This document shows positions 49,150 to 61,449 of a DNA stretch of 64,000 bases, in pieces; the first letter of the stretch is position 1, and each line of letters begins with the position of its first letter. The notes under the pieces are model-generated. The model ran no database searches and had not been told where the DNA came from. It saw only the letters and a list, made by a program, of their open reading frames with translations. A program made the translations under genes and the position numbers. The stretch is from Camelus dromedarius (Eukaryota), in NCBI RefSeq assembly GCF_036321535.1, contig NC_087446.1:62930001-62994000 (forward strand). The letters run 5' to 3'.

Positions 49150-50450
49150 AAGAACATGGTGGACCTTATTAAATCTAATGGACTTCTTTTCATTCTTACC
49201 TTATTCTAGTTTTTTGGAGCTTTTGTCATTGTTGACCCTTCTCTTTCTTGAAGTGTTTCAGTGACACCACTTTCTTTTCCATTTGCATTCCTGGCTCTTT
49301 TTCTCCTGCTCATCTCTTAAGTGTGTGTTTTTCGTAAGGTCGCTGTTGTATTCTCCCTCTCTGATTCTTGAACGTTAATGGCACAAGCATCTCTTGGAGA
49401 ATTTGTTAAAAATGAATGCTTTCAAAAGCCTTCATGATCTTGCCCCTGCCAGTTGCTCTGACTTTCCTTGTACTACACTTTCCTTTTCTTACTATTCCTT
49501 CATTACATTCCTCTTGTTTTATTATCTCCATAGCACTTCCCACTATCTTAAGTTACCCTGTTTATTTTCTTGTCTACAGTCTGGCTATACCTAGCACCCA
49601 AAACTTATGAGTACAAGGATCTGGTTGTATTCCTAGTGCCTAGAATAGTCCCTCAGTGCACATTTATGGCATGAATGAAATGTGGGCTCTTAGGCCTTAT
49701 CCCTAGAGATTTTGATTTAGTAGGCGTAGAATGGAGCCTAGGAATCTGTATTTTAACAAACATTCCAGGTGTTTCTGATGTCTCTGGTAGTTTGTCTGGG
49801 ATGACGTTTAGAAGAACATCACATAGTCTGTCAGTCTCATCCACTCTGATGGTTTCACTCGGCGTCTGTTATTATAAGCTGACAATTTGTGAGTCTCTGT
49901 GTCCAGTTCTGATCTCTCGCCTGAGCTCTAGCCCATTTATTCGATGGTCTCTTGAACATCTCCGTTTAACTGTTACACAGCACCTCAGACTCAACATCAC
50001 AAGAGCAAAAATAATTTTTCCATGAAAATCTGTTCTTTCTCAGTTCTTTTTTCTTCGAATCATGCCACCTAGTTGCAAAGCCAGAGACCAGGATGTCATA
50101 CTTGAGTCCTTACTCTTTAACATCCAATAATGATAAAGTTATGTAGCCGCTTACCTCCTCAATTTCCCTCGAATCTTTTCATTTCTCTCCATCAGCACTG
50201 CCATTTCCTTAGTTCATGAGACCACCATCTCTTATCTGGATAACTGATGGCCTTTAACTGGCCTCCTTCCTCTAGTCTTGCTCCTAATATTTCATTGAGT
50301 TTTGTATGAAAATCTGTTACTTTCTTTTGCTTAAAACTTTTAGATGTCTTGTTCCTAGTACAAAGGCAAAAGATTTGTTAAAAAATCTGGCTGCTTTATC
50401 TCACTTGCCTTATACTTTGCTGTTTTCCCTTTGCTCTCAGGGTTAGGCTT
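49150..50450 (+). mobile_element. Degenerate L2 fragments
   Basis: Motifs such as 'cacctcagactcaacatcac', 'catgccacctagttgcaaagccagagacc' and an L2 3' end near 49610-49680. Confidence 0.6.
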
Positions 50451-52092
50451 CAGCTACAGTTGAATTACTTATTCTTTTACTTTCCCCTTTCTCACACCTT
50501 GCTGCCTTGGGGTACACCATTGTTTCAGTTGGGCACCTCTCCACCTCAAAACAATGACAGAAACCCTCTTTGATTTAGGTGTAATGTTCTGGAACCCTTT
50601 CAGGGTATCCCAGACCTCTCATTTTGTCTACCTCTTTTCCACAAAGTTGAATTCCTCTGTCTTCACCATATTTCCCTCTGTATATTCCATTCCGAGTTTC
50701 CTGCTCTCACTGAAGTTAAATTTGCTAGGATCGTGATCTCTCCAGTGCCAAGAGAGCTCTCTAGAGCATGTGATTTTTGTCTACTAGCTACAGGGAAAAG
50801 AGAGAGAAAAAATTAGATGATTTGAGACATATATTCTAGAGGTGTGTGTTCTAGATCGTGATTTTGCTAGTTGTTTTGCCCCTCGTAGCTAAACTATACC
50901 CAGGAGAGATCATTGTTAGAGTCTTGATTTGGGCCAGAGCTGTAAGGCCAACAACTGAAATCCTGAACTAAGTTTTTGCCCTTGGTGCCTGTACCACCAA
51001 AGTTTTACCTTTTCCATTATCATGGTATCTTCAGCTTTGTATTAGTTACCCCCCTTTCCAGTTCTTATTTTCCTTCCAGAATTACTTGGTTTAAAATTTA
51101 TTCTTTGTGTTTTACTCTCCGTCCTAGCAGTATTTTTGACTGTAAAGAAACAAGACAAAGAGGGTTTGTGCTTGGAGTGTTTTCCCTATATGATAGTGCA
51201 GAAATATTTTTTCTTTCTTTTTAACTGAATGAGTATGAGGGCTGAAAAATTAAGTGTAATTGACCAGTAAGACAGGATAACTAAAAAAGAAATCCAACCT
51301 GTTTGGTTTCTGTATGCTTTGTGAGGGAGTAAAATCAGAGCCAGTGCTTAACACTTGAATTTTTAAGACCCTTTTTGAAGTTCTCTGAGGCTTTGCTGAG
51401 TTTACCTTCATTAACTCTTGCTGAATCAGTGTTTTTGTATGTAAAATGGAGTTGATGGTTTGTTTTCTTCTGGAGTACAGGATGACTTTTGGAAGTATTT
51501 CAAGGTTAAGTACAGTAATACTTCTTGATACATCTACTGATTTAAAATGTAAACACTTGAGATTGAAGCTGCACTTAATGGATTCTTAGGCTGGCTTCAA
51601 TAGTTTACTTTACCTATAGTTAGTAGATAATACAAAGAGGAACAAAGAGGTATCTACAGATATTAATGAGCACACTGTCCATGTACCTGGGATTTATTTA
51701 CATCTGTTTGGTGGCTACAGTCAGCAAGCATAATCTACTTCACTGAAGGACGGTCTATATTAAACATGATCAGATTACTAGTCTTAATAGTGTTCTCTAG
51801 TGTTGGATAACAGAATAGCATTGAAGTTAATATTGGCAGAGAGAAAATATTGCTTTATTTCTTCGTGCTCTAATTCTTCCTTTTTCTCTTTGGCATTAAC
51901 ATTGCTTTTACTAGTTTTTAAAGGTTGGGAAATGGCAATTGTCTTTTCAGTTTAGCGGACTGGCCAGGTCATAGGATGTATTCAGATCAGTAATGCATTT
52001 TAGGCCATGAGTTTCTTCTGTTTATTCTGTTCTGTCCTTTATTGTTGACTTGTGCTTTGCTCAATTCCCACAGTAGGGGACACAAATTTAGC

Positions 52093-52174
52093 CATATACA
52101 TATGTACACATAACGTACACACACACACACACGTACGCATAACGCGCGCGCACGCGCACACACACACACACACA
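52093..52174. repeat. Compound alternating purine-pyrimidine microsatellite (CA/CG/TA)
   Basis: catatacatatgtacacata-a-cgtacacacacacacacacgtacgcata-a-cgcgcgcgcacgcgcacacacacacacacaca read directly. Confidence 0.9.
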
Positions 52175-52426
52175 GTCTGCCACTTGAGGCCCTCTGGAAA
52201 GATTATAGATTTTCAATTAAGAATTACAGGCATTCACTTGCCACTGTTTCATCTTACCAACCCAGCTGTTTTCACTTAACATAGATCCAGTCCTGTTACT
52301 TAACTGCTTTGATGCACTGTGAGCCTATTATATAGTATTTGCTTAGAAATCAGAGAAACTCAGTTTATTTTTAGTCTTTGTTAGAATAAACATCACCTAT
52401 ATGTTTTCTTTCCAGGACAGTTCTTT

Positions 52427-52577
52427 GGGAGGGTATAGCTCAAGTGGTAGAGCATGTGTTTAGCACGCATGAGGTCATGGGTTCAATCCCCATTACCTTT
52501 CCTACAAACAAACAAAGGAACAAACATAAACAAACCTAATTACATCCCCCTCAAGAAAACAAAACAAAAACAAAAAC
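52427..52577 (+). mobile_element. tRNA-derived camelid-type SINE (Vic-1-like)
   Basis: gggagggtatagctcaagtggtagagcatgtgtttagcacgcatgaggtcatgggttcaatccc followed by an A/C-rich tail (aaaac)n. Confidence 0.9.
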
Positions 52578-52704
52578 CCAGCATGTTAGAAGATCTCTTA
52601 GTTTCTGGTTTTTCTGTGTTTTTATAATAGAAAGAGTGATCTTCAAGTCAGATTTGCAGAACTGCTTCCAAAATAATACTTCAAGAAAATTTATGAAAAG
52701 AGCA

Positions 52705-55545
52705 ACTCATTCATTTACTCAAATGTTCAGTAGGTGCCTGTTATTTTTTAGATGTTGTGTTATATGCTAAAGATACTAAGATAGGTGCGACACTGTCTCT
52801 ATCGTCAAGGAGCTCATGTTTTATAATAGATTACAAAAAAATAAGTAAACTACAAGGTCATAAGTGTTATGAGGTAGTGATAAAATGTAATATGAGAACA
52901 AGGAGGAGGAATGCTTAACTCTGAATGACAGGATCAGATTCAGCTTTTCAGAGAAGATATAGTTTGAATTGAGTCTCAATGTATTCATTAATTCAAGCAG
53001 CATATCAGTAGATACAGTATTAGGTTCTGGGGATGTAAAAGAGTAAGACATAATCCTTACCTTCAGAGGGTTTAGGCAGACCAGTTAATCAGTGATACTG
53101 CAGCCTGATGAACTCTGAACTAGAGAAATGCACAAGGTGCTTTGGAAACACAGTGGAGATCTGGAAAGACTTTCTGTCAGGGGGTTATGAACCTTGACGG
53201 GCAGACGGGAGTTGGCCAGGTAGAGAAGTTTGGGGAAGAGAGTTCGAGGGAGGAACTGCCTGTATAAATCGTGGGGGTGTAGAGCAGAGCAGCATGATAC
53301 CTTTGACAAAGTGCAGGGAGCAGGATGTGCCTACACATGGGATGTTTTTGGGAATTAGTTAAGATAAAAGGCTATGGAGATAAGTAGGGAGACCTAATCT
53401 TGAAGACCTTTTTTGATAGGCTGAAGGTTTTAACTTTTGTCTTAAACTATAAAAACTATCGAAGGATTATTTTTTTGAAAGATTGCTTTTAGCAGTTTGG
53501 CAGCTGGATTGAAAAATAGACTAGAATCAGGGAATCCAGCTTAGGGACAGTCAAAATAATCAAGATAAGAAATAGGTTCTAAAGAGGTCCTGCAAGTGCA
53601 CAGGGATGAACAAATTAAAGAGATATTTAGGACATAGTATCTGTTAGACTTGGAGATGTGTGTATGTGTGTGAGTACAGTTGTGAGAGGGATGAGCTCTT
53701 GGATAACTCCTAGTTTTCTGGGTTCCATGCCAAGATGGATGGTGACATCATTTATGAGTTAGGGAATACAGAAAGATGCATGTTTGGGAATAAAGGTGAG
53801 GTGTTTTGTTTTGTACTGGTTGAATTTGAGGTACCTGTGGAACCCTGTGGAAATGCCTGATAGGAAGTTAGATGCACCAGCCTGGAGTTGGAAAGAGAAA
53901 TTGGGACTGCTGCGACATTTGGGAGTCAACAGTGTATATACATTGTAGTTGAAGTGATGGGTTTTGTTTATCCAAGGATCATGTTGAGACTGAAGAACTG
54001 AAGGCTGAGGAAGGAGTCTTGGAGAACACTGACAGTTAAAGATGTGACTGCTAGCAGGGGAGCCCTGGAAGAAAACTGAGGAGGCCAGGAAGGTAGATAG
54101 AAAACCGAAAAAGTTTATGTGATAGGAACTTAGAGAAGAAACTTTCAAGGAGGAGGAAAAGAATTGTGTCAGTGTGTAGTGAAGTGGTCAAGTATAAAGA
54201 CACTTGGTGCTGGATTTGGCACTCAGGTCATTGGTGACGTCAGTGAGATCAGGGTCACTGAAGTGGTGAGAGCAGAGACCAAATTGTTTTGGGCTGTGGA
54301 ATAAATAGGAGATGGGAAAGAAAAGGCAGATAAGCCCTGTATTACAAGATGATTGCAGAGAGATGGAGAGAGAGGACAGTAGGGAGGGCATGTGGGGTTC
54401 AAGGAAGAGTTTTTTAAGATGAGACATTTGAGCAAGACAATAGAGAGTGATGATAATGAAGTGAGGTCTTTGAGGATGAAAAGAAGATAAAATCCAGAGC
54501 ACAGGTAGATCAATTGTTATTGATCTTCATTAAGATAGAAAGAGAAGGTTAAGAAAGGGGTGGGGACAAATATTTGGTAACTGAACAAAGGAATTTGAGG
54601 GAGCGCCAGTCTTAGGGTCTTGATACTCCTTTTGGTGGAGGAGACATCATTTTGAATGAGGGGGCTTGTGTGTTCCAGTAAAGAGGGTTTGTAAAATAGG
54701 GGCCTTGAGAAGAGAGCCAAATTTGGATAGCTTGAGAGAATAGGTGGGATAGTTGACAAGGAGTTTGTCAGGCAAAGATAAGGTGGAAATGCATTTCAAG
54801 CAGATAGAGTAGCTTGGACAAAGACCCAGGAGTATTGAAGAATGGTATGTATGGAGAGGTAACATTATTTTGAATGGCTGGAGAGGATGTATATAGAGCC
54901 TAATTTTATGCTAGACTTTAAGAGCTATATTAAGACATTTGGAATAGTTTGATGCAAAGAGGAACCTCAGGAGATTTTAATCAGAGAAATGGAATGATTG
55001 TTTTATAAAGGTAGCTCTGGTAGCAACTTGGAGAAATAACCTCCAGGGGATTTAAAGAAGAGGAAGAGACACTTGTTAGGAGGCTATTGTAGTAGGCTGT
55101 GCAGAAGATGTTGAAATCAGGATAAACCTGAGTGTGATGGGTAAGAAACAACCCCTAAACCTCAATACCTTGAAACAACAGTTTCTCTTTCACACTACAT
55201 GTGTCCATCAAAGATAGCTTAGAGATTTTAGTTATTCAGGGATAAAGGCTGACAGAGCCTAATAGAGCAGCCACCACTGGAACGTAGCCTGCTGCTCTCC
55301 TGGATGCAGAAAAGAACTGTGGAGGTCTTGTCCCATTAACTGAATTCTCTGCCTGTAAGTCATGGGAGTGGAGAAGAGGGTATAGGAGCTGAGAAGATGA
55401 GGTGGATCCAGGAGATGGTACCAGAATTTGGAGATTGGTTATATATGGGAGGAGAGGGAAGGAATTGTGGATAGATGACTCTCAATTTCTGTCTTGGGTC
55501 ACTAGGTGGTGTTGCTAACTGAGATAAGAAAGGGGGCAGGTTTTA
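52705..55545 (-). mobile_element. Long L2 LINE (antisense), with an LTR insert at approx. 55085-55350; resumes at approx. 60201-60430
   Basis: Starts 'ctcattcatttactcaaatgttcagtaggtgcc' and continues with purine-rich L2 motifs. Confidence 0.75.
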
Positions 55546-56479
55546 GGAGCACCTAAATATATAAAGTAAATTTTAACAGACCTAAAGGGAGAAATAGACA
55601 GCAATATAATAATAGGGGACCTTAATACCCTACTTTCATCAGTGGATAAATCATCCAGACAAAATCAATAAGGGAACATTGGCCTTAAATGATAGATTAG
55701 ACTAGATGGATTTCACAGACTTGTACAGAGCAATCCATCCAACAGCAACAGAATGCACCTACATGGACCATTCTCTAAGGTAGATGATATGTTAGGCCAC
55801 AAAACAAGTCTTCATAAATTTAAAAAGATTGAGTCATATCAAGAATCTTTTCTGGCCAAAATGGTATGAAACAAGAAATCAATTACAAGAAGAAAACTGG
55901 AAAATTCCCAAGTAAGTAGAGCTTAAACAACATGCTACTGAACAACAGGTCAAAGAAGAACTAAGATAAGTTAAAAAATACCCAGAGACAAATGAAAATA
56001 GAAATGCGATATACAAAATACAAAACCTATGGGATGCAACAAAAGCACTTCTAAAAGGGAAGTTCATAGCAACAAATGCCTACATTAAGAAATAAGAGAG
56101 ATTTCAAATAATCTAATTTTTCACCTCCAGAAACTAGAGAAAGAAGAACAATCTAAACTCAATGTTAGCAGAAGGAAGGAAATAAATAACAGAGTAGAAA
56201 TAAATGAAATAGAGAAATAGTAGAAAAGATAAATGAAATGAAGAGCTGGCTTTTTAAAAAGATAAAATAGACAAACTTGTAGGTAGACTTACCCAGGAAA
56301 AAAGGGGATTCAAATCAGAAATGAAAGAGACATTAATACCTGGTAACTCAAGAGACTACTATGAACAGNNNNNNNNNNNNNNNNNNNNNNNNNNNNNNNN
56401 NNNNNNNNNNNNNNNNNNNNNNNNNNNNNNNNNNNNNNNNNNNNNNNNNNNNNNNNNNNNNNNNNNNNNNNNNNNNNNN

Positions 56480-56922
56480 NNNNNNNNNNNNNNNNNNNNN
56501 NNNNNNNNNNNNNNNNNTTGCTGATACTGTGTTTTTACAGACTGAAGGTTTGCGGCAACCCTGCATTGAACAAGTCTGTCACTCCCATTTTTCCAACAGC
56601 ATTTGCTCACTTCATGTCTCTGTGTCACTTTGGTAATTCCCGCCACATTTCAAACTTTTCTTACTTGTTATGATGATCTGTGATCAGTGATCTTCAGNNN
56701 NNNNNNNNNNNNNNNNNNNNNNNNNNNNNNNNNNNNNNNNNNNNNNNNNNNNNNNNNNNNNNNNNNNNNNNNNNNNNNNNNNNNNNNNNNNNNNNNNNNN
56801 NNNNNNNNNNNNNNNNNNNNNNNNNNNNNNNGCCAGAGGATTTGTGAGACTTGCTTTATTTTGATATTTGCTTTATTGCAGTGGTCTGGGACTGAACCTG
56901 CAGTATCTCCAAGGTATGCCAG
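56480..56922 (+). mobile_element. Internally deleted Tigger1 (TcMar) inserted in the L1; 5' end hidden in N-run (start estimated)
   Basis: 56518-56697 matches the recalled Tigger1 5' region ('gaaggtttgcggcaaccctgc...tttttccaacagcatttgctcac'). 56832-56922 matches its 3' end ('...cagtatctccaaggtatgccag') followed by TA. Confidence 0.85.
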
Positions 56923-58611
56923 TACTAGTAAGAGTTTGAATCAGTAACCAGAAACTTCCCAACAAACNNNNNNNNNNNNNNNNNNNNNNNNNNNNNNNNN
57001 NNNNNNNNNNNNNNNNNNNNNNNNNNNNNNNNNNNNNNNNNNNNNNNNNNNNNNNNNNNNNNNNNNNNNNNNNNNNNNNNNNNNNNNNNNNNNNNNNNNN
57101 NNNNNNNNNNNNNNNNNNNNNNNNNNNNNNNNNNNNNNNNNNNNNNNNNNNNNNNNNNNNNNNNNNNNNNNNNNNNNNNNNNNNNNNNNNNNNNNNNNNN
57201 NNNNNNNNNNNNNNNNNNNNNNNNNNNNNNNNNNNNNNNCATAATCAAGTGGAATTTATTCCAGGGATGCAAGCACAGTTCAACATCTGCAGATCAGTCA
57301 CTGTACTGTGGTACACCATGTAAACAAAATGAAGGATAAAAAACATACAGTCATCTCAATGGTGCAGAAAAAGCATTTGACAGAATTCAACATCCATTTA
57401 TGATACAAACTGGACAAAGTGCATATAGAGGGAGTGCACCTTAACATCATAAAAGCCGTATATTACAAACCCATAGCTAATGTGTTACACACGACTGAAG
57501 CTGAAAGCTTTTCCTCATCACTTTTATTCAACATAGTATTGGTAATCTTAACCAGTGCACTTGGGCAAAAAAAGAAGTAAGAGGCATTCAGATCAGAAAG
57601 GAAAAAGTAAAACTCACTATTTGCAGATGACATTTGTAGAAGACTAGACACTACACCAAAAAACTGTTAAAACTAATGAATTCAGTAAAGTGCAGAATAC
57701 AGAATCAGTATACAAAAATTAGTTGCATTTCTATATACTAATAACTGTCAGAAATTTAAAAAACAATCCCATTTTTAATTGCAGCAAAAAGAATAAAATA
57801 CTTAGGAATAAATTTAAATAAGGAGGTGAAACTATATGACATTGATGAAAACTATGACATTGGTGAAAAAAGTTGAAGAAGTTACAGATAAATGAAAAGG
57901 TAGTCTCTGCTCATGGATTGGAAGAATTAATATTGTTAAAACGTCCATACTACCCAGAGCAATCTGTAGGTTCAATGCAATCCCTATCGAAATTCCAGTG
58001 ACATTTTTCACAGAGAACAAACAATCCTAAAATTTGTGTGGAACCACCAAAGATGCCAAATAGCCAAAGAAATCTTGAGAAAGGAACAAAAGTGAAGGTA
58101 TCATACATCCTGATTTCAAACTGTATTACTAAGCTGTAGTGATCAGAACAGTATGATATTGGCATTAAAAACAGACATAGATTAATGGAACAGAATAGAC
58201 AGCCCAGAAATAAACCTATGCACATATGTCAATGTATGATAAAGGGGCCAAGACTATACAGTGGGCAAAGGATAGTCTCTTTATTAAATGGTACTGGGAA
58301 AACTGGACAGCCACATGCAAAAGAATGAAACTGGGGTACTATATTGCACCATATGCAAAAAATAACTCAAAATGGATTAAAGCCTTGAACAGAAGACCAG
58401 AAAACATAAAACTTGTAGATGGAAACATAGGCAGTAAGCTCCTTGACATCTGTCTTGGGGATGATTTTTTTGGATTTGACACCAAAAGCAAAGGCAATAA
58501 AAGTAAAAATCAGTGGGACTACGTCATACTAAAAAGCTGCATATCAAGGGAAGCCATCAACAAAATGAAAATTCAGCCTACTGTATGGGGGAAAGTATTT
58601 ACCAGTCATAT

Positions 58612-58790
58612 TTGAAAGAGTTACAAACTATTATGTATAAAATAAACTGTAAGAACACGTTGCACAACACAGGGAATATAGCCAATATTTTATAATAAGT
58701 ATAAATGGAATATAGCCTTTAAAATGTGAATCACTACATGGTTCACCTGTAACTTACATAATATTGTACATCAACTATACTTCCAAAAAA
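58612..58790 (+). mobile_element. Short L1 3' end nested in the older L1
   Basis: 'ttgcacaacacagggaatatagccaatattttataataag...catcaactatacttccaaaaaa' interrupts ORF2-like sequence that resumes at 'tcatgtatttaaaaagggttaata'. Confidence 0.7.
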
Positions 58791-59039
58791 TCATGTATTT
58801 AAAAAGGGTTAATACTGCAAATATATAAAGAACTCATGCAACTTAGTAGAAAAAAGAGTCTGATTAAAAAATGGGCAAAAGAATTGAATAGACATTTTTC
58901 CAGAGAGGACGTACAGATGGCAACAAGTACATGGAAGGGTGGTGCTCAACATAGCTAATCATCAGGGATCTACAGATCAAACCCTCAATGAGATATTAGC
59001 TTACACCTTTAAAACGGCTATTATCAGAAAGACAAGAGA

Positions 59040-59306
59040 TAGACTTGTGGTTGGTTGCCAGCAGGGAGGTGGGTGGGAAGGGATAAACTGGGAGTTCAAG
59101 ATTTGCAGATACTGACTGGTATATATAAAATAAACAGATTTATACTACATAGCCCAGGGAAATATATTCAATATCTTGTAGTAGCTCATGGTGAAAAAGA
59201 ATATGAAAATGAATATATGTGTGTTCATGTGTGACTGAAAAATTGTGCTGTGCACCAGAAATTGACATGACATTGTAAACTGACTATACTTCAATTAAAA
59301 AAAAAA
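59040..59306 (+). mobile_element. Young camelid-type L1 3' end nested in the older L1
   Basis: Reverse-complement match to 48071-48330; ends 'gactatacttcaattaaaaaaaaaag'. Confidence 0.85.
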
Positions 59307-59605
59307 GAAAGCCAGATAAAAAGTGTTGGGGACAATGTGGAGAAAANNNNNNNNNNNNNNNNNNNNNNNNNNNNNNNNNNNNNNNNNNNNNNNNNNNNNN
59401 NNNNNNNNNNNNNNNNNNNNNNNNNNNNNNNNNNNNNNNNNNNNNNNNNNNNNNNNNNNNNNNNNNNNNNNNNNNNNNNNNNNNNNNNNCATTTTCTTGA
59501 AAAGATATCGGCACCCTGATGTTCATTGCGTCAGTAGTCCCAATAGTTAAGACATGGAAACAACCTAACTGTCCAGTAACAAATAAATAGGTAGAGAAAA
59601 TGTGG

Positions 59606-59606
<1 letters not shown>

Positions 59607-59647
<41 letters not shown>

Positions 59648-59654
59648 GCGCACG
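59607..59654. repeat. (CA)n microsatellite ending in the palindrome CGTGCGCGCGCACG
   Basis: Read directly; uninterrupted purine-pyrimidine alternation of about 48 nt. Confidence 0.9.
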
Positions 59655-60923
59655 AATATTATGCAGCGGTGAAAAAGGAGGAACCACTATTTGCAACAAT
59701 ATAGATGAACCTTGAGGGCATTATGTTAAGGGAGATCAGTCTGAGAAAGACAAGTAAGTACTGTATGAACTCACTTATTATATAGACTCTAGAAAAAAAG
59801 AAAAACCAAATTCATCAGCTACAGAGAACAGGTTGGTTGTTGCCAGAGGCAGGAGGTGGGGGATAGGCAAAATAGGTGAAGGTGGACAAAAGGGTACATA
59901 TTATTATATATGTATGTATATAATATACTTAAAAATATATATTAACTATATCATATGTATTTTAAAACTTCTGGAGTTGTAATATACAGCATGATGGTTG
60001 TAGTTAATACTGTATTGTATGTTTGAAAGTTGCTAACAGAGAAGACCTTTAAAGTTCTTATTGCAAGGAAAATAATTATAAATATGTCTGGTGTTGAATG
60101 TTAATTAGACTTAATTTTGATTATTTCACAATAAAATATACATATATTGAATCATTATGTTGTATACCTGTAGCTAATATTATATGTCAATTATATCACT
60201 AGAACAGTGGGGGCAGGTTTGGGCTTAGAGGAATGTTGGCAGGAAGTTCACTTTTGGAAATGTATAGCAGATAGTTGTCCAAATGAATCTGGAGCTCTGT
60301 AGAGAGGCAGGGGTGTTTCGATTTTGGAGTACTCTGTGCATGAAGGGGTTTCAGTATGATAGAGAATGGGACTACAGAGTGGTAAGAGAGCTGAGATGAA
60401 GCCTCAGGAAATACCAAAATTTAAGAGGCACTTCTGGCCTGATGACATTGGATTTTAATGTAAAGACCAACATTTTTTGGGACCAAGGCAGCCTGTGTCT
60501 GTTCTTGATATATCATCCACTAGTGTTTTGAGGAAGGAGCAAATGTTAAGTTGTGAGAAGCTGCTGCTTCTACCATTTCACAGGTACTTCAGAGTATGTT
60601 AGCTCTGTTTATGCCAATTGTGGATTTGTTGTTGCTGGTCTTTAGATGGAATGCACTTCATTTCTTTTATTTGAATTTGGATATATTTGGCAATTCACAA
60701 AATTTAATAAAATTATTGTAGCTTATAAGCTAGTTGCCAAGATATGGAAAGACTAAAAATTGGTCCAGTTGCCCCACATACTTACAGAGTAGTTAAGTGA
60801 ACAAAGAATGTGATGTCACAGAAATATATTATTAGCACATATTAGATAATTTGATCCTCAGAAGGATAATCCCCATGGAGTAGTACTGTATTATCCCTGT
60901 TTCACAGTTGAGGTTTAGGGAGT

Positions 60924-61282
60924 GTCTTAATCTGTTCAGACTGCTATAATGGAATACCACAGACTGGGTGGTTTATCAGCAGAAATTTATTTCTCACAGT
61001 TCTAGAGGCTGAGAAGCCCAGGATCAAGGTACCAGCACAGTCTGATTCTGCTAAGGGCCCTCTTCCTGGTTAATAACTGGCATCTTACTGTGTCCTCACA
61101 TAGTGGAAGGAGCTAAGGATCTTTCTGGAGCATGTTTTAATACGACACTAAACCCATTCGTGAGGGCTCTGCCCTCATGACCTAATTAATCACCCCAAAG
61201 ACCTCACTTCTTAATACCATCATGTTTGGGAGTTAGGATTTAACATGAATTTTGAGAGGGCACACACATTCAGACCATTGCA
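60924..61282. mobile_element. MLT1A-type solo LTR inserted in a MIR
   Basis: 'tgtcttaatctgttcagactgctataa...atttatttctcacagttctagaggctgagaag...cattcagaccattgca'; MIR pieces on both sides. Confidence 0.85.
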
Positions 61283-61449
61283 GAAAGGTTAGGTTGGGTT
61301 GTTTGTCCATCATCATGCAGCTGGAACACAACACAGTTTCATGCTGAAGTGTGCACCTGTAACCATCACCTGGAATTTTTTAGGACACAGCAGAATTTAC
61401 ACTGAATAGCTAAGAGCTTGGGTTAATGTTGATGCTTGTTCTTTTTCAC

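Larger units (their letters stand above)
55545..60200 (+). mobile_element. 5'-truncated old L1 (L1MA/MB-type) with degraded ORF2 and 3'UTR, carrying nested inserts
   Basis: ORF2-like text from the endonuclease region ('acagacctaaagggagaaatagacagc') through RT and C-terminus (ORF 58226..58615 translates YDKGAKTIQW..SLFIKWYWENW). Many stops and frameshifts. Flanked by the repeat gggggcaggttt (55532-55543, 60209-60220). Confidence 0.9.

Noticed and set aside
52427-52495. tRNA-Ala-like sequence with A and B boxes (also at 32700-32779 and 47020-47103)
   Set aside because: Copies are mutually diverged, have A-rich tails and (two of three) clear target-site duplications: SINEs, not tRNA genes.
54235-54242. 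Perfect CRE TGACGTCA inside L2
   Set aside because: Single 8-mer in a decayed repeat with no supporting motifs or CpG context.
58226-58615. 129-aa ORF resembling a reverse-transcriptase-associated protein
   Set aside because: Fragment of a dead L1 ORF2 with stops and nested insertions on both sides.
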